A stretch of 64,000 bases of DNA. Origin: Spizellomyces punctatus DAOM BR117. Its lineage: Eukaryota. Made by a program: the position numbers and the translations under genes. Below the pieces are notes generated by a model. That model saw only the letters and a list, made by a program, of their open reading frames with translations. It made no database searches and was not told the DNA's origin. The stretch is from the NCBI GenBank assembly GCA_000182565.2, contig KQ257474.1; one strand, written 5' to 3'. Of the stretch, positions 1 through 10,201 are shown in pieces (the first letter of the stretch is position 1; every line of letters begins with the position of its first letter).

Positions 1-25
1 CCTAGCCAACGACGTTCTGGGACAT

Positions 26-2641
26 TTGAAACTCCAAACCTTGGTTCAGGAACCCCCGTTACCCAGTTTCGCGGTGACGCTCAAGAATCCAGACATCCTT
101 ATCCCCTGCTCCATAACGGATGAGCTGGACACCGATCACATGCGCGGCACGCCATACAAGACCAAGCAGGGTGAATTCATGAAGGATGTGTCAATGCCAC
201 GGCTGACCAAAGCCAAAGCTCAGAAGTCTAGATTAACCATGTTAATCACGGGACAGACGCGCGTGGCAGCCCAAACTTTTCTCATCGAAAACCCTCTTGA
301 GGCCACCGCTGCTAGCTCAACGGTCCCGTTAGGCCTCAAACTGTCCACCGCGACCCATAATTCGGTTGCGGACCCCGAAGAGAACATTTCCAAAGAAGAA
401 TGGCAGACACTTCGGAACAAATGGAACCTCGACTCTACGGAGAGGGCTCCAGGGGCCTTCGAAGCCCAATTAAAAGACGCGGAACGTTTCCACGTCGATC
501 TCAAGCGACCCAAACCCGTGGTCTGGGCCCTAATCAACATTCTACGACACTTCCATCAAGCCTTCAGCTATGAGGGTCATCTCATAGGGAACTACACCAA
601 GATTCCTTATGCGCCTCGATTTATCTCGGCTCCGCCACCCCTTTCGAGGCCACGGTCGTACTCTCCGTTGGAGCGGACAGCCCTCGAGACGGAGCGAGAC
701 ACCATGATGGGGCTTCAGAGGTGGAAACGAACCACCGAAGTAACCTTCGCCAGCGATCCTGTTATCATTCGCTACGCAGACAAACCCCCGCGGGTAGCCT
801 TCGACTATCGCCGAGCCAACGACTGCATGGCCTGGGATCCATATCCCTTTCCCATCATGCTCGACATCCTGAACTGGATCGTCGCAGTCCCATTCCGATA
901 CATATCGGGAGGTGACGCAAACAAAGGATTCTACCAAATCGCCATCACCGATGCGTCGGTACGCAAATGGCTCGCGCTCAGACTCCATGACGGCATCTAC
1001 GAACCACTCTTTATGCCCTTCGGACCCAAGACTGCCCCCTCGCACTTCTGTCGGGTGATGGACGACACCTTGGGTCCCTCCAAATGGCGAAATATCAACA
1101 ACTTCGTCGACGATATCCATACACGAGCGGAGACAGCCGCGGAAGCCCTAGATGCCATCGCGGACTGGCTCGACCGCTTTTCCAGAGCCAAACTCACCCT
1201 AAGACTCGACAAGTGTCAATGGCTCTTTCACCAGCTCACGGCCCTCGGTTTCGTTGCCTCCTCTCAGGGTCTCGCTACCGATCCAGACAAGGTCGCAACC
1301 ATAGTCGATTGGCCACAACCCAAATTCATAGGTGACCTATGGTCATTCGTGGGTCTCCTAGGGTTCTACGCCCAATTCATTTCTCGCTACGCGGAACTCG
1401 TCCGACCCCTGCAAGACGCTATCCAAGAGGGCGTTCGCGAATACCGAGACCTTAAAAAGGGTCGCGCTGACCCGAAGAAAGGCGCTGAAAAGCTCAATTC
1501 ACCATCCATGCTCGACACGGCAGTGGCCCCAACAATCACAGCAACCGGAGCCCGATTTGAGGTTTCGCAACATCTTAAATCTAGCTCCTCAGACCTACCG
1601 GCGGTCAATCTACGCCAATCATCGCTGGCGGACTTACCCATTGACCCCTTTTGTGTCGGACGCCTTGCTCGCAAGCGCCCCGACCAAGGTCTGCGCAGAT
1701 TCGTCGCGAAGCGTGAAGTTTCATGGACCGACTCCCGAAACTCTGCCTTCGCAGCCGCCAAGCAGGCTCTGACAACAGCTCCAGTGCTTGCGGCACCCAG
1801 AAAAGGGTTCCCCTACACCCTTCACAGTGACGCTTCCTACACAGCGTTTAATGTCACGCTCGAACAGTTACAGCCGGATGCTTCTAAACGCCCGCTGTGC
1901 TACCATTCCCGAGGCACCACCACCTCGGAAAAGAAGGCCCCCCCCGTCGAACTCGAGGCCGGATGCCTCATTTGGGGCCTCGGAAAACTCCGCCCATACC
2001 TCGAAGGCCTGCCTTTCACGGTCATTACTGATCACCGAGCTCTTTTGTGGCTCGCTAAATACAAAGGCGAGAACCGTAAGCTTCTCCGCTGGGCCCTCGA
2101 TCTTAGTTACTGGTCCGAATGGATGACAATCGTACACAAACCAGGACGCTTCCACATAGTCGCTGATACACTTTCGCGGCTACTTGGCGCGGAAACTCTT
2201 CTTTGCTCTACCGGGACCGAAATATGGGTGTCGGAACGCAAAGGACGACGGCCGCGCACCCCGCCAGCTGCTCTCGCACCTTCCTCGACACTGGCAGATG
2301 CCGTCTTTCGTCTGGCCTTACAGCCTGCACTCATTGCCGCCATCCGCGCTGGCCTCACCGGCCAGCTCCACCCCATAGCCCAACAGGCCCGCATGCTCCT
2401 ATGGGAGACCAGCCCCGACACCTACACTACAGCTGACGCGCGCTTTCATCAGGACTGGCAACGTGCAGATAACCTGCTGTGGCACCGTTTTTCAGTCTCC
2501 GAAGACCTTTGGTGCCTCTACGTGCCCCCTGCTTGCACCCCTGAGGTGCGCAAGCTTTTTCACGAGGGGGGAGGACACTTCGGATTCGAAAGAACCTACG
2601 CTAGAGCTGCAGCACAAGTCTGGTGGCCGAAAATGGCATAA
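26..2641 (+). CDS. pol: A1 pol: reverse transcriptase, RNase H and start of integrase Zn finger (ORF open from window start; ends at in-frame TAA)
   Basis: GDANKGFYQI, FGPKTAP, FVDD, LHSDAS, ITDHRAL, GHFG motifs. Confidence 0.9.
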   Translation: MKLQTLVQEPPLPSFAVTLKNPDILIPCSITDELDTDHMRGTPYKTKQGEFMKDVSMPRLTKAKAQKSRLTMLITGQTRVAAQTFLIENPLEATAASSTVPLGLKLSTATHNSVADPEENISKEEWQTLRNKWNLDSTERAPGAFEAQLKDAERFHVDLKRPKPVVWALINILRHFHQAFSYEGHLIGNYTKIPYAPRFISAPPPLSRPRSYSPLERTALETERDTMMGLQRWKRTTEVTFASDPVIIRYADKPPRVAFDYRRANDCMAWDPYPFPIMLDILNWIVAVPFRYISGGDANKGFYQIAITDASVRKWLALRLHDGIYEPLFMPFGPKTAPSHFCRVMDDTLGPSKWRNINNFVDDIHTRAETAAEALDAIADWLDRFSRAKLTLRLDKCQWLFHQLTALGFVASSQGLATDPDKVATIVDWPQPKFIGDLWSFVGLLGFYAQFISRYAELVRPLQDAIQEGVREYRDLKKGRADPKKGAEKLNSPSMLDTAVAPTITATGARFEVSQHLKSSSSDLPAVNLRQSSLADLPIDPFCVGRLARKRPDQGLRRFVAKREVSWTDSRNSAFAAAKQALTTAPVLAAPRKGFPYTLHSDASYTAFNVTLEQLQPDASKRPLCYHSRGTTTSEKKAPPVELEAGCLIWGLGKLRPYLEGLPFTVITDHRALLWLAKYKGENRKLLRWALDLSYWSEWMTIVHKPGRFHIVADTLSRLLGAETLLCSTGTEIWVSERKGRRPRTPPAALAPSSTLADAVFRLALQPALIAAIRAGLTGQLHPIAQQARMLLWETSPDTYTTADARFHQDWQRADNLLWHRFSVSEDLWCLYVPPACTPEVRKLFHEGGGHFGFERTYARAAAQVWWPKMA

Positions 2642-4984
2642 GATTTCAGAAAACATTGCGCAGGATGTGAAACCTGCCAATGCTCAAAAAGGGTACCGCA
2701 ACTGATTCCGGGGTTGTTGAAACCCATACCACCAGCTCCGGGACGCTGGACAGTCATCACGACTGACTTCGTAACCAAGCTCCCACTTACTTCCAGAGGG
2801 TACGATGCCTTTTGGTTAATAGCATGTAAATGCTCAAAGAGGATCCACGTATGGCCCCTCAAGAGCACTGCGACAGCTATTCAGGTCGCGGAACTCTTTA
2901 TAGAGCGCTACGTCCCATTGCACGGCATCCCGGAGACCATTATCTCGGACCGCGACTCCAAATTTACGAGTCGATTTTGGCAGGAGGTCTGCAAAAACCT
3001 AAAGATTAATCAAGAGCTCACCACAGCCTACCACCCTCAAGGTGATGGACAATCAGAAAGAGACAACGCAACGGTCTTGCAGGTCCTTACCACAATGGTC
3101 AACACCCGATTAGATGACTGGGACACCTTTCTTCCGGTTGCGGAATTCATTATCAACGATACGGTACACGAGGCGACAAAAATGACGCGATTCAGAATGG
3201 ACCTAGGCTATGAGCCCCACAATCCACTGGCGGACATCGTCGAAAGGCCGTCAGAAACCAGAAATGCAGATGCGGAGGAGCTCTGTAAACACCTCGGCGA
3301 CCTAAACATCCTTATCCGAGATCTGATGATCGAAGCCCAGGATTCGCAGAAAAGATATTACGATTTATCGCGACGACATTTGGAGTTCCGGAGAGGAGAT
3401 AAGGTGCTTCTGAGCACGAAAAACCTAGCAGGGTATGAGTCCAAGATCACTCCGAAATGGCTGGGACCAGTCACGGTGACCGACTGTAACCCTCTCCGCG
3501 ACAACTACGAGTTAAAACTGCCAGACAAGATGAGACGACTTCATCCATGGTTTCACATATCGAAATTACGTCCGTACCAGAAGCCTGTCGACGCCGAAAC
3601 TGAGGAAAAGGTCGCGGAAGCACAAGCGGAGGATTCCGACGCTTCAGATGGCGAGTTTGAAGTGGAAGCGATAGTAGACCATCGAACCAGGCGCGGAAAA
3701 CGTCAATTTCGAATACGTTGGTCCGGATACCCACCCCATGAGGATACCTGGGAACCAGAGGAAGCCCTAACAGAGGCTTCCGAAGCCTTAGAAGAGTACT
3801 GGAGATCCAGAGCTCCCACTAGCGCGCTAGTAGAGGACTCTTTGGTAGTCAGCCTTGCAGGCGACGCCCCGGAAGATACGGCTTATGCTTCCGACCACCA
3901 ATGCTTCGCGGTTTATCCGGACGATAGCTCACGTGATAATCACGCCCTCTCACCAGAAAGAAAACCAGTTTCGCGTGGCTTACCTCACCAGTCGAGAACG
4001 CCACACCAAGCCTCCCGATCACGCTTACGCGCGTCCGAGCTGTCAAAATCAGCCGGCGACGACCTTAAAAGGACGCCCCTGCACGCTCCCCCTCTTTTTT
4101 CTTCTTCAACCGCCCACGACCTACTTCCCTTACACACTCACTCTGCTTCGCAAACCCCTTCTATCGACACCGAAACTAAAACTTCCATTTCTAACACAAT
4201 GAACACCGATCTCAGAGGACAAGCAGGAGTGAGCGTACCCTCCACGTACATGTCCGGCTACCCTTGGGAGGAAGACTCGGGCGACTTCGAGGCCGAGGGC
4301 GTGCTGGATCGCCTTGGGGTTGCGATCGCTACCTGGGTTCACTCCTGGGTTCATCAGCTTCGGACCAACCCCAACGCGCCGCTGCAGACTCCAGGGCATG
4401 AGTTTTGGCTGGGAGTCGACGCTCCGAAACCTTACGCGGTGGGCCAGCCCCTCACAAACCACATCGCGGACCCCTACAGCAAGGCCACCGATGGTGGTGA
4501 AGCAGCGGTCGGAATAGTTGCCGACGCGAAAAAACCCGGAAAAAGAGGGCGCCCAGCTCCGTGCGCCGCTTGGCTCGACCGCGGGGTTCCCCAACACGAG
4601 GCGGGAAGCCGAAAAACGGCTCCGTTCACCGATTGGCCGAACGACGACGCCCACGAGTTTGCGTCCGCCGTCATTGAAGCAGCTAGGACGGTGCTCCTAA
4701 GGACGGCGAACGCAGCGGAAGCCTCTGCAAGGCTCACCAGACCCCGACATCACGAGCACGCGGAGTACCATTTCCGCGCGACAAACCTGAAAAGGGCCGC
4801 GGAGACCTTTACGGCCCTCTACGTAACCAGAACTGGCCCCGACGTGACCCCGGGTACCATCGTTCGTACCGCAACAGATCAAATCTGGTTTTGTTGCAAC
4901 GTCGGTGGCCGTGCCAGTATCATCTGGGTCGTGAACCAAGATGCAGATGAAGCGGACCCCACAGATCCGGTACCGACCTGGTAA
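2642..4984 (+). CDS. A1 integrase core, GPY/F region, chromodomain, linker and C-terminal ORF X (same frame as upstream pol)
   Basis: TTDFV, SDRDSKF, HPQGDGQSER, KWLGP, FEVEAIVDHR...RIRWSGY...DTWEPEE. Confidence 0.88.
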   Translation, partial: DFRKHCAGCETCQCSKRVPQLIPGLLKPIPPAPGRWTVITTDFVTKLPLTSRGYDAFWLIACKCSKRIHVWPLKSTATAIQVAELFIERYVPLHGIPETIISDRDSKFTSRFWQEVCKNLKINQELTTAYHPQGDGQSERDNATVLQVLTTMVNTRLDDWDTFLPVAEFIINDTVHEATKMTRFRMDLGYEPHNPLADIVERPSETRNADAEELCKHLGDLNILIRDLMIEAQDSQKRYYDLSRRHLEFRRGDKVLLSTKNLAGYESKITPKWLGPVTVTDCNPLRDNYELKLPDKMRRLHPWFHISKLRPYQKPVDAETEEKVAEAQAEDSDASDGEFEVEAIVDHRTRRGKRQFRIRWSGYPPHEDTWEPEEALTEASEALEEYWRSRAPTSALVEDSLVVSLAGDAPEDTAYASDHQCFAVYPDDSSRDNHALSPERKPVSRGLPHQSRTPHQASRSRLRASELSKSAGDDLKRTPLHAPPLFSSSTAHDLLPLHTHSASQTPSIDTETKTSISNTMNTDLRGQAGVSVPSTYMSGYPWEEDSGDFEAEGVLDRLGVAIATWVHSWVHQLRTNPNAPLQTPGHEFWLGVDAPKPYAVGQPLTNHIADPYSKATDGGEAAVGIVADAKKPGKRGRPAPCAAWLDRGVPQHEAGSRKTAPFTDWPNDDAHEFASAVIEAARTVLLRTANAAEASARLTRPRHHEHAEYHFRATNLKRAAETFTALYVTRTGPDVTPGTIVRTATDQIWFCCNVGGRASIIWVVNQDADEADPTDPVPTW
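4199..4984 (+). CDS. ORF X allele 1, 261 aa, unknown function (own ATG, in frame with pol)
   Basis: Gapless ~60% aa identity (hand count) to 25158-25943, same length, no stops in either. Confidence 0.75.
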   Translation: MNTDLRGQAGVSVPSTYMSGYPWEEDSGDFEAEGVLDRLGVAIATWVHSWVHQLRTNPNAPLQTPGHEFWLGVDAPKPYAVGQPLTNHIADPYSKATDGGEAAVGIVADAKKPGKRGRPAPCAAWLDRGVPQHEAGSRKTAPFTDWPNDDAHEFASAVIEAARTVLLRTANAAEASARLTRPRHHEHAEYHFRATNLKRAAETFTALYVTRTGPDVTPGTIVRTATDQIWFCCNVGGRASIIWVVNQDADEADPTDPVPTW

Positions 4985-5041
4985 TTGACGTCCCAACACC
5001 CCCGCTCGGAGCGCCGGTGCGTTGGCTCTTCAAAGGGGGGA

Positions 5042-5641
5042 TGTAATGACGAGGACGTCTTCGAGAGATCGCGAGTAAGCCCAAATCGGACGCGGGAAGC
5101 ACGAATCGCGTGACCAACTCCACCGATTGGGTTACCGCGACCGAAAAAACCGGTTCGGAGAATGGCAATTGGCGCATTAGATTTCAGCGTGCCTCGTACA
5201 ACCTGTGGAGGCCCGAGCCAGTGCGGAAAAGGAAGAGATCGGTACCGCCACCAATAAATCAGTTGCGGTGCAGCGACACCCATTAGTTTAGTTTAGTTTA
5301 ACAGTTTATCCAAGAATCTTGTATAAAAAGGATGTATTCAATAAAATAAGTCGGGGGCAGAAGCCGTAGCGACAAAAAATCCCCATAACTCGCTTCTCAA
5401 CTCCAATCTTAGGTTAACAGGAACCTAACAGAGCGCTTCAACGGCCTGATCACCCGTACCGAAGCCTCTAAATCCTGCTCGGTTCACAACTAACCGACTC
5501 TCCTTGCCTCTCGCCCTCAAGTCGCTACCGACGCCCAAAGAAAGGATTTGGAGACTACGATTCCTAGTACGGACACCCACACAACCTGCTAGGAGACCCA
5601 AGTTGTCTTTACCGTAGTCTACCAACAAAAAATCCGTTACA
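5042..5641 (+). repeat. Family A 3' LTR with type-1 U3 (600 bp)
   Basis: TGT...TTACA; from TATAAAAA (~5322) onward it matches the other family A LTRs, upstream part unrelated. Confidence 0.9.
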
Positions 5642-5673
5642 TTATACACCGGGTATATCATATTGTAAGCTGG

Positions 5674-5725
5674 CTGATACAGTGCATCAGATAAGCCATT
5701 CGGCTTATCTGATGCACTGTATCAG
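5674..5725. repeat. Perfect 24-bp inverted repeat with 4-nt loop
   Basis: ctgatacagtgcatcagataagcc-attc-ggcttatctgatgcactgtatcag. Confidence 0.95.
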
Positions 5726-8700
5726 TCGGAAATGAAAGTTTGTGTTTTGGTGTTGATAGAAAAGGTTTGTGAAGCAGAGTAGGTCTGTAAGGGAGATAGG
5801 TTGTAGGTAGTTGAAGAAGAAAAAAGAGGGGGAGCATGCAGGGGCATCCTTTTAAGGTCGTCGCTGGCTGATTTTGACAGCTCGGATGCATGTAAGCGTG
5901 ATCAGGAGGCTTGGTGTGGCGTTCTTGACTGGTGAGGTAAGCTGCGCAAAACTGGTTTTCTTTCTGGTGAGAGGGTGTGATTATCACGTGAGCTATTGTC
6001 CGGATAAACTGCGAAGCATTGGTGGTCGGAAGCATAAGCTGTATCTTCCAGGGTGTTGCCTTCAAGGCTGACTACCAAAGAGTCCTCTACTAGTGTGCTA
6101 GTGGGAGCTCTGGATCTCCAGTACTCTTCTAAGGCTTCGGAAGCCTCTGTTAGGTCTTCCTCTGATTCCCATGTATCCTCATGGGGTGGATATCCGGCCC
6201 AACATATTTGAAATTGACACTTTCTGCGCCTGGTTCAATGGTCTACTATTGCTTCCACTTTGAACTCGCCTTCTGAAGTGTTGGAATCCTCCGCTTGTGC
6301 TTCCGCGACCTTTTCCTCAGTTTCGGCGTCGACAGGCTTCTGGTACGGACGTAATTTCGATATGTGAAACCATGGATGAAGTCATCTCATCTTGTCTGGC
6401 AGTTTTAACTCGTAGTTGTCATGGAGAAGGTTTCAGTCGATCACTGTGACTGGTCCCAGCCATTTTGGAGCGCTCTTGGACTCATACCCTGCTAGGTTTT
6501 TCATGCTCAGAAGCACCTTATCTCCTCTCTGGAACTCCAAATATTGTCACAATAAATTGTAATATCTTTTCTGCGAATCCTGGGCTTCGATCATCAGATC
6601 TCGGATAAGGATGTTTAGGTCGCCGAGGTGTTTACAGAGCTCCTCCGCATCTGCATTTCTGGTTTCTGACGGCCTTTCGACGATGTCCGCCAGTGGATTG
6701 TGGGGCTCATAGCCTAGGTCCATTCTGAATCGCGTCATTTTTGTCGCCTCGTGTACCGTATCATTGATAATGAATTCCGCAACCGGAAGAAAGGTGTCCC
6801 AGTCGTCTAATTGGGTGTTGACCATTGTGGTAAGGACCTGCAAGACTGTTGCATTGTCTCTTTCTGATTGTCCATCACCTTGAGGGTGGTAGGCTGTGGT
6901 GAGCTCTTGATTAATCTTTAGGTTTTTGCAGACCTCCTGCCAAAATTGACTTGTAAACTTGGGGTTGTGGTCCAAGATAACAGTCTCCGGAATGCTGTGC
7001 AATGGGATGTAGCATTCTATGAAGAGTTCCATGACCTGAATAGCTGTCATGGTGCTCTTGAGGGGCCATACATGGATCCTCTTTGAGCATTTACATGCTA
7101 TTAGCCAAAAGGCATTGTACCCTCTGGAAGTAAGTGGGAGCTTGGTTATGAAGTCAGTTGTGATGACTGTCCAGCATCCTGGAGCTGGTGGTATGGGTTT
7201 CAGCAACCCCAGAATCAGTTGCAGTACCCTTTTTGAGCATTGACAGATTTCACATCCTGCGCAGTGTTTTCTGAAATCTTGTGCCATCTTTGGCCACCAG
7301 ACTTGTGCTGTGGCTCTGGTGTAGGTTCTTTCGAATCCAAAGTGTCCTCCCCCCTCATGAAAAAGCTTGCACACCTCGGGGGTGCAAGTGGGGGGCATGT
7401 AGAGGTGCCAAAGGTCTTCAGAGACTGAAAAATGGTGCCACAGCAGGTTATCTGCACGTTGCCAGTCCTGAAGAAAGTGTGTGTCAGCTGTAGTGTAGGT
7501 GTTGGGGCTGGTCTCCCATAGGAGTGTGCAGGCCTGTTGGGTTATGGGGTGGAGCTGGCCAGTGAGGCCAGTGTGGATGGTGGCAATGAGTGCAGGCTGT
7601 AATGCCAGACAAAAGACAGCATCTGCCAGTGTTGAGGAAGGTGTGAGAGCTGCTGGTGTGGTGCGTGGCCGTCATCTTCCATGTTCTGACACCCATATTT
7701 GGGTCGCAGTGGAGCAGAGAAGGGTTTCCGCTCCTAGTAGCTGTGAAAGTGTATCAGTGACAATGTGAAAATGTCCTGGTTTGTGAATGATTGTCATCCA
7801 TTCAGACCAGTAACTAAGATTGAGGGCCCAGCGGAGAAGCTTACAGTTCTCACCTTTGTATTTAGCAAGCCATAAAAGAGCTCGGTGATTGGTAATGACT
7901 GTGAAAGGCAGGCCTTCAAGGTATGGGCAGAGTTTTCCAAGGCCCCAAATGAGGCATCTGGCCTTGAGTTTGACCAGTGGGGCCTTCTTTTCCAGGGTGG
8001 TGGTGCCTTGGGAGTGGTAGCACAGCAGGTGTTTGGAGGCATCCAGCTGTAACTGTTTGAGTGTGACATTAAACATGGTGTAGGAAGTGTCACTGTGAAG
8101 GGTGTAGGGGAACCCTTTTCTGGGTGCTGCGAGCACGGGAGCTGTTGTCAGTGCCTGTTTGGTGGCTGCAAAGGCAGAGTTTCGGGAATCAGTCCATGAA
8201 ACTTCACGCTTTGTGATAAATCTGTGCAGACCTTGGTTGGGGCGCTTGCAAGCAAGGTGTCTGACACAAAAGGGGTCAATGGGCACATCTGCCAGTGATG
8301 ATTGGCATAGATTGACTGCTGGTAGGTCTGAGGAGCTAGATTTTGGATGATGTGAAACCTCAAATCGGGCTCTGGTGGCTGTGATTGTAGGGGCCACTGC
8401 CGTGTTGAGAGCATGGATGGTGAATTGAGCTTTTCAGCACCTTTCTTTGGGTCAGCATGACCCTTTTTAAGGTCTTGGTATTCATGAATGCCCTCTTGGA
8501 TAGCATCTTGCAGGGGTCAGATGAGTTCTGTGTAGTGAGGGATGAATTGGGCATAGAACCCTAGGAGACCCATGAAGGACCATAGGTCACCTATGAATTT
8601 GGGTTGTGGCCAATCAACTATGGTTGTGACCTTGTCTGGATTGGTAGTGAGACCCTGGGAGGAGGCAATGAAACTGAGAGCTGTGAGCTGGTGAAAGAGC

Positions 8701-9590
8701 CATTGACACTTGTTGAGTCTTAGGGTGAGTTTGGCTCTGGAAAAGCGGTCGAGCCAGTCTGCGATGGCATCTAGGGCTTCTGCGGCTGTCTCTGCTCATG
8801 TATGGATATCATTGATGAAGTTGTTGATATTTTGCCATTTGGAGGGACCCAAGGTGTTGTCCATTACCTGACAGAAGTGCAAAGGGGCAGTCTTGGGTCT
8901 GAAGGGCATAAAGAGTGGTTCATAGATGCCGTCATGGAGTCTGATCATGAGCCATTTGCGTACTGACACATTGGTGATGGTGATTTGGTAAAATCCTTTG
9001 TTTGTGTCACCTCCTGATATGTATTGGAATGGGACTGTGACGATCCAGTTCAGGATGTCGAGCATGATGGGAAAGGGATATGGGTCCCAGGCCATGCAGT
9101 CATTGGCTTGGTGATAGTTGAAGGCTACCTGCGGGGGTTTGTCTGCATAGTGAATGATAACAGGATCACTGGTGAAGGTTACTTTGGTGGTTTGTTTCCA
9201 CCTCTGAAGCCCCATCATGGTGTCTCGCTCCGTCTCGAGGGCTGTCCGCTCCAACGGAGAGTACGACCGTGGCCTCGAAAGGGGTGGCGGAGCCGAGATA
9301 AATCGAGGCGCATAAGGAATCTTGGTGTAGTTCCCTATGAGATGACCCTCATAGCTGAAGGCTTGATGGAAGTGTTGTAGAATGTTGATTAGGGCCCAGA
9401 CCACAGGTTTGGGTTGCTTGAGATCAATGTGGAAACGTTCTGCATCTTTTAATTGGGCTTTGAAGGCCCCTGGAGCCTTCTCTGTAGAGTTGAGGTTCCA
9501 TTTGTTCTGAAGTGTCTGCCATTCTTCTTTGGAAATGTTCTCTTTGGGGTCTGCAACCAAATTATGGGTTGTGGTGGACAGTTTGAGGCC

Positions 9591-10201
9591 TGTAACAGGC
9601 TAGCAGGGACAAGAAGACAACAGAAAACTAGGGAAGACTTGGTTACTACTTGTTATTTCCCTTTGAGGGGCCTCAGAGAGGTCCTCTTTTTATAGACAAA
9701 TGGGGCTGACAAATGCTATATCCTAACTACCCAATCAGATCTCACCCACATCATCCTAAACTATTTGTCAGCCTATTGCACCATTTGCAACCAATCAGAA
9801 CTCATACATGTCATCCTAAACTATTTGTCAGCCTATTGCACCATTTGCAACCAATCAGATCTGACAGATGTCATCCTAAACTATTTGTCAGCCTATTGCA
9901 CCATTTGCAACCAATCAGATCTTATACATGTCATCCTAAACTATTTGTCAGCCTATTGCACCATTTATAGCCAATCACAAGTGAGACAAGTCATCCTAAA
10001 TACACTGTGCCACTTGATTGAAAGGGGCAGATGCTAGTGTGTCAGGATACTCATCTAATTTAGCCAGAAATGGCTAAATCTGCTTATTTATCTAATTCTG
10101 GTCAAATGAATGTTGACACCATCAGCAAAGTCATGTGACCGCTAGTTTGGAACCACATCTAACCAGTATAACTATAGCACTGACAGAAGAATTCTGTCAC
10201 A
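9591..10201 (-). mobile_element. Family B solo LTR inserted in A2
   Basis: Matches 15377-15806; 5-bp TSD AGGCC (9586-9590 / 10202-10206). Confidence 0.95.
9731..10000. repeat. 60-bp tandem repeat (~4.5 units) with CCAATCA boxes inside the B LTR
   Basis: Lines 9781, 9841, 9901 repeat with period 60; other B LTRs are ~180 bp shorter. Confidence 0.95.

Larger units (their letters stand above)
1..5641 (+). mobile_element. Ty3/Gypsy LTR retrotransposon family A, copy A1 (5' part outside window)
   Basis: RT-RNaseH-IN-chromodomain order, PPT aaagggggga at 5032-5041, 3' LTR TGT...ACA; near-identical to 17749-26572. Confidence 0.95.

Noticed and set aside
4199-4984. ORF X as an env gene
   Set aside because: No signal peptide, furin site or transmembrane anchor visible
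5425-5661. Recurrent antisense ORF (…VDYGKDNLGLLAG…), also at 18104 and 26356
   Set aside because: Recurs only because the LTR recurs; start differs between copies, no ATG or motif support
9731-10000. Regular repeats as a CRISPR array
   Set aside because: Head-to-tail 60-bp units inside an LTR with no unique spacers; eukaryotic context
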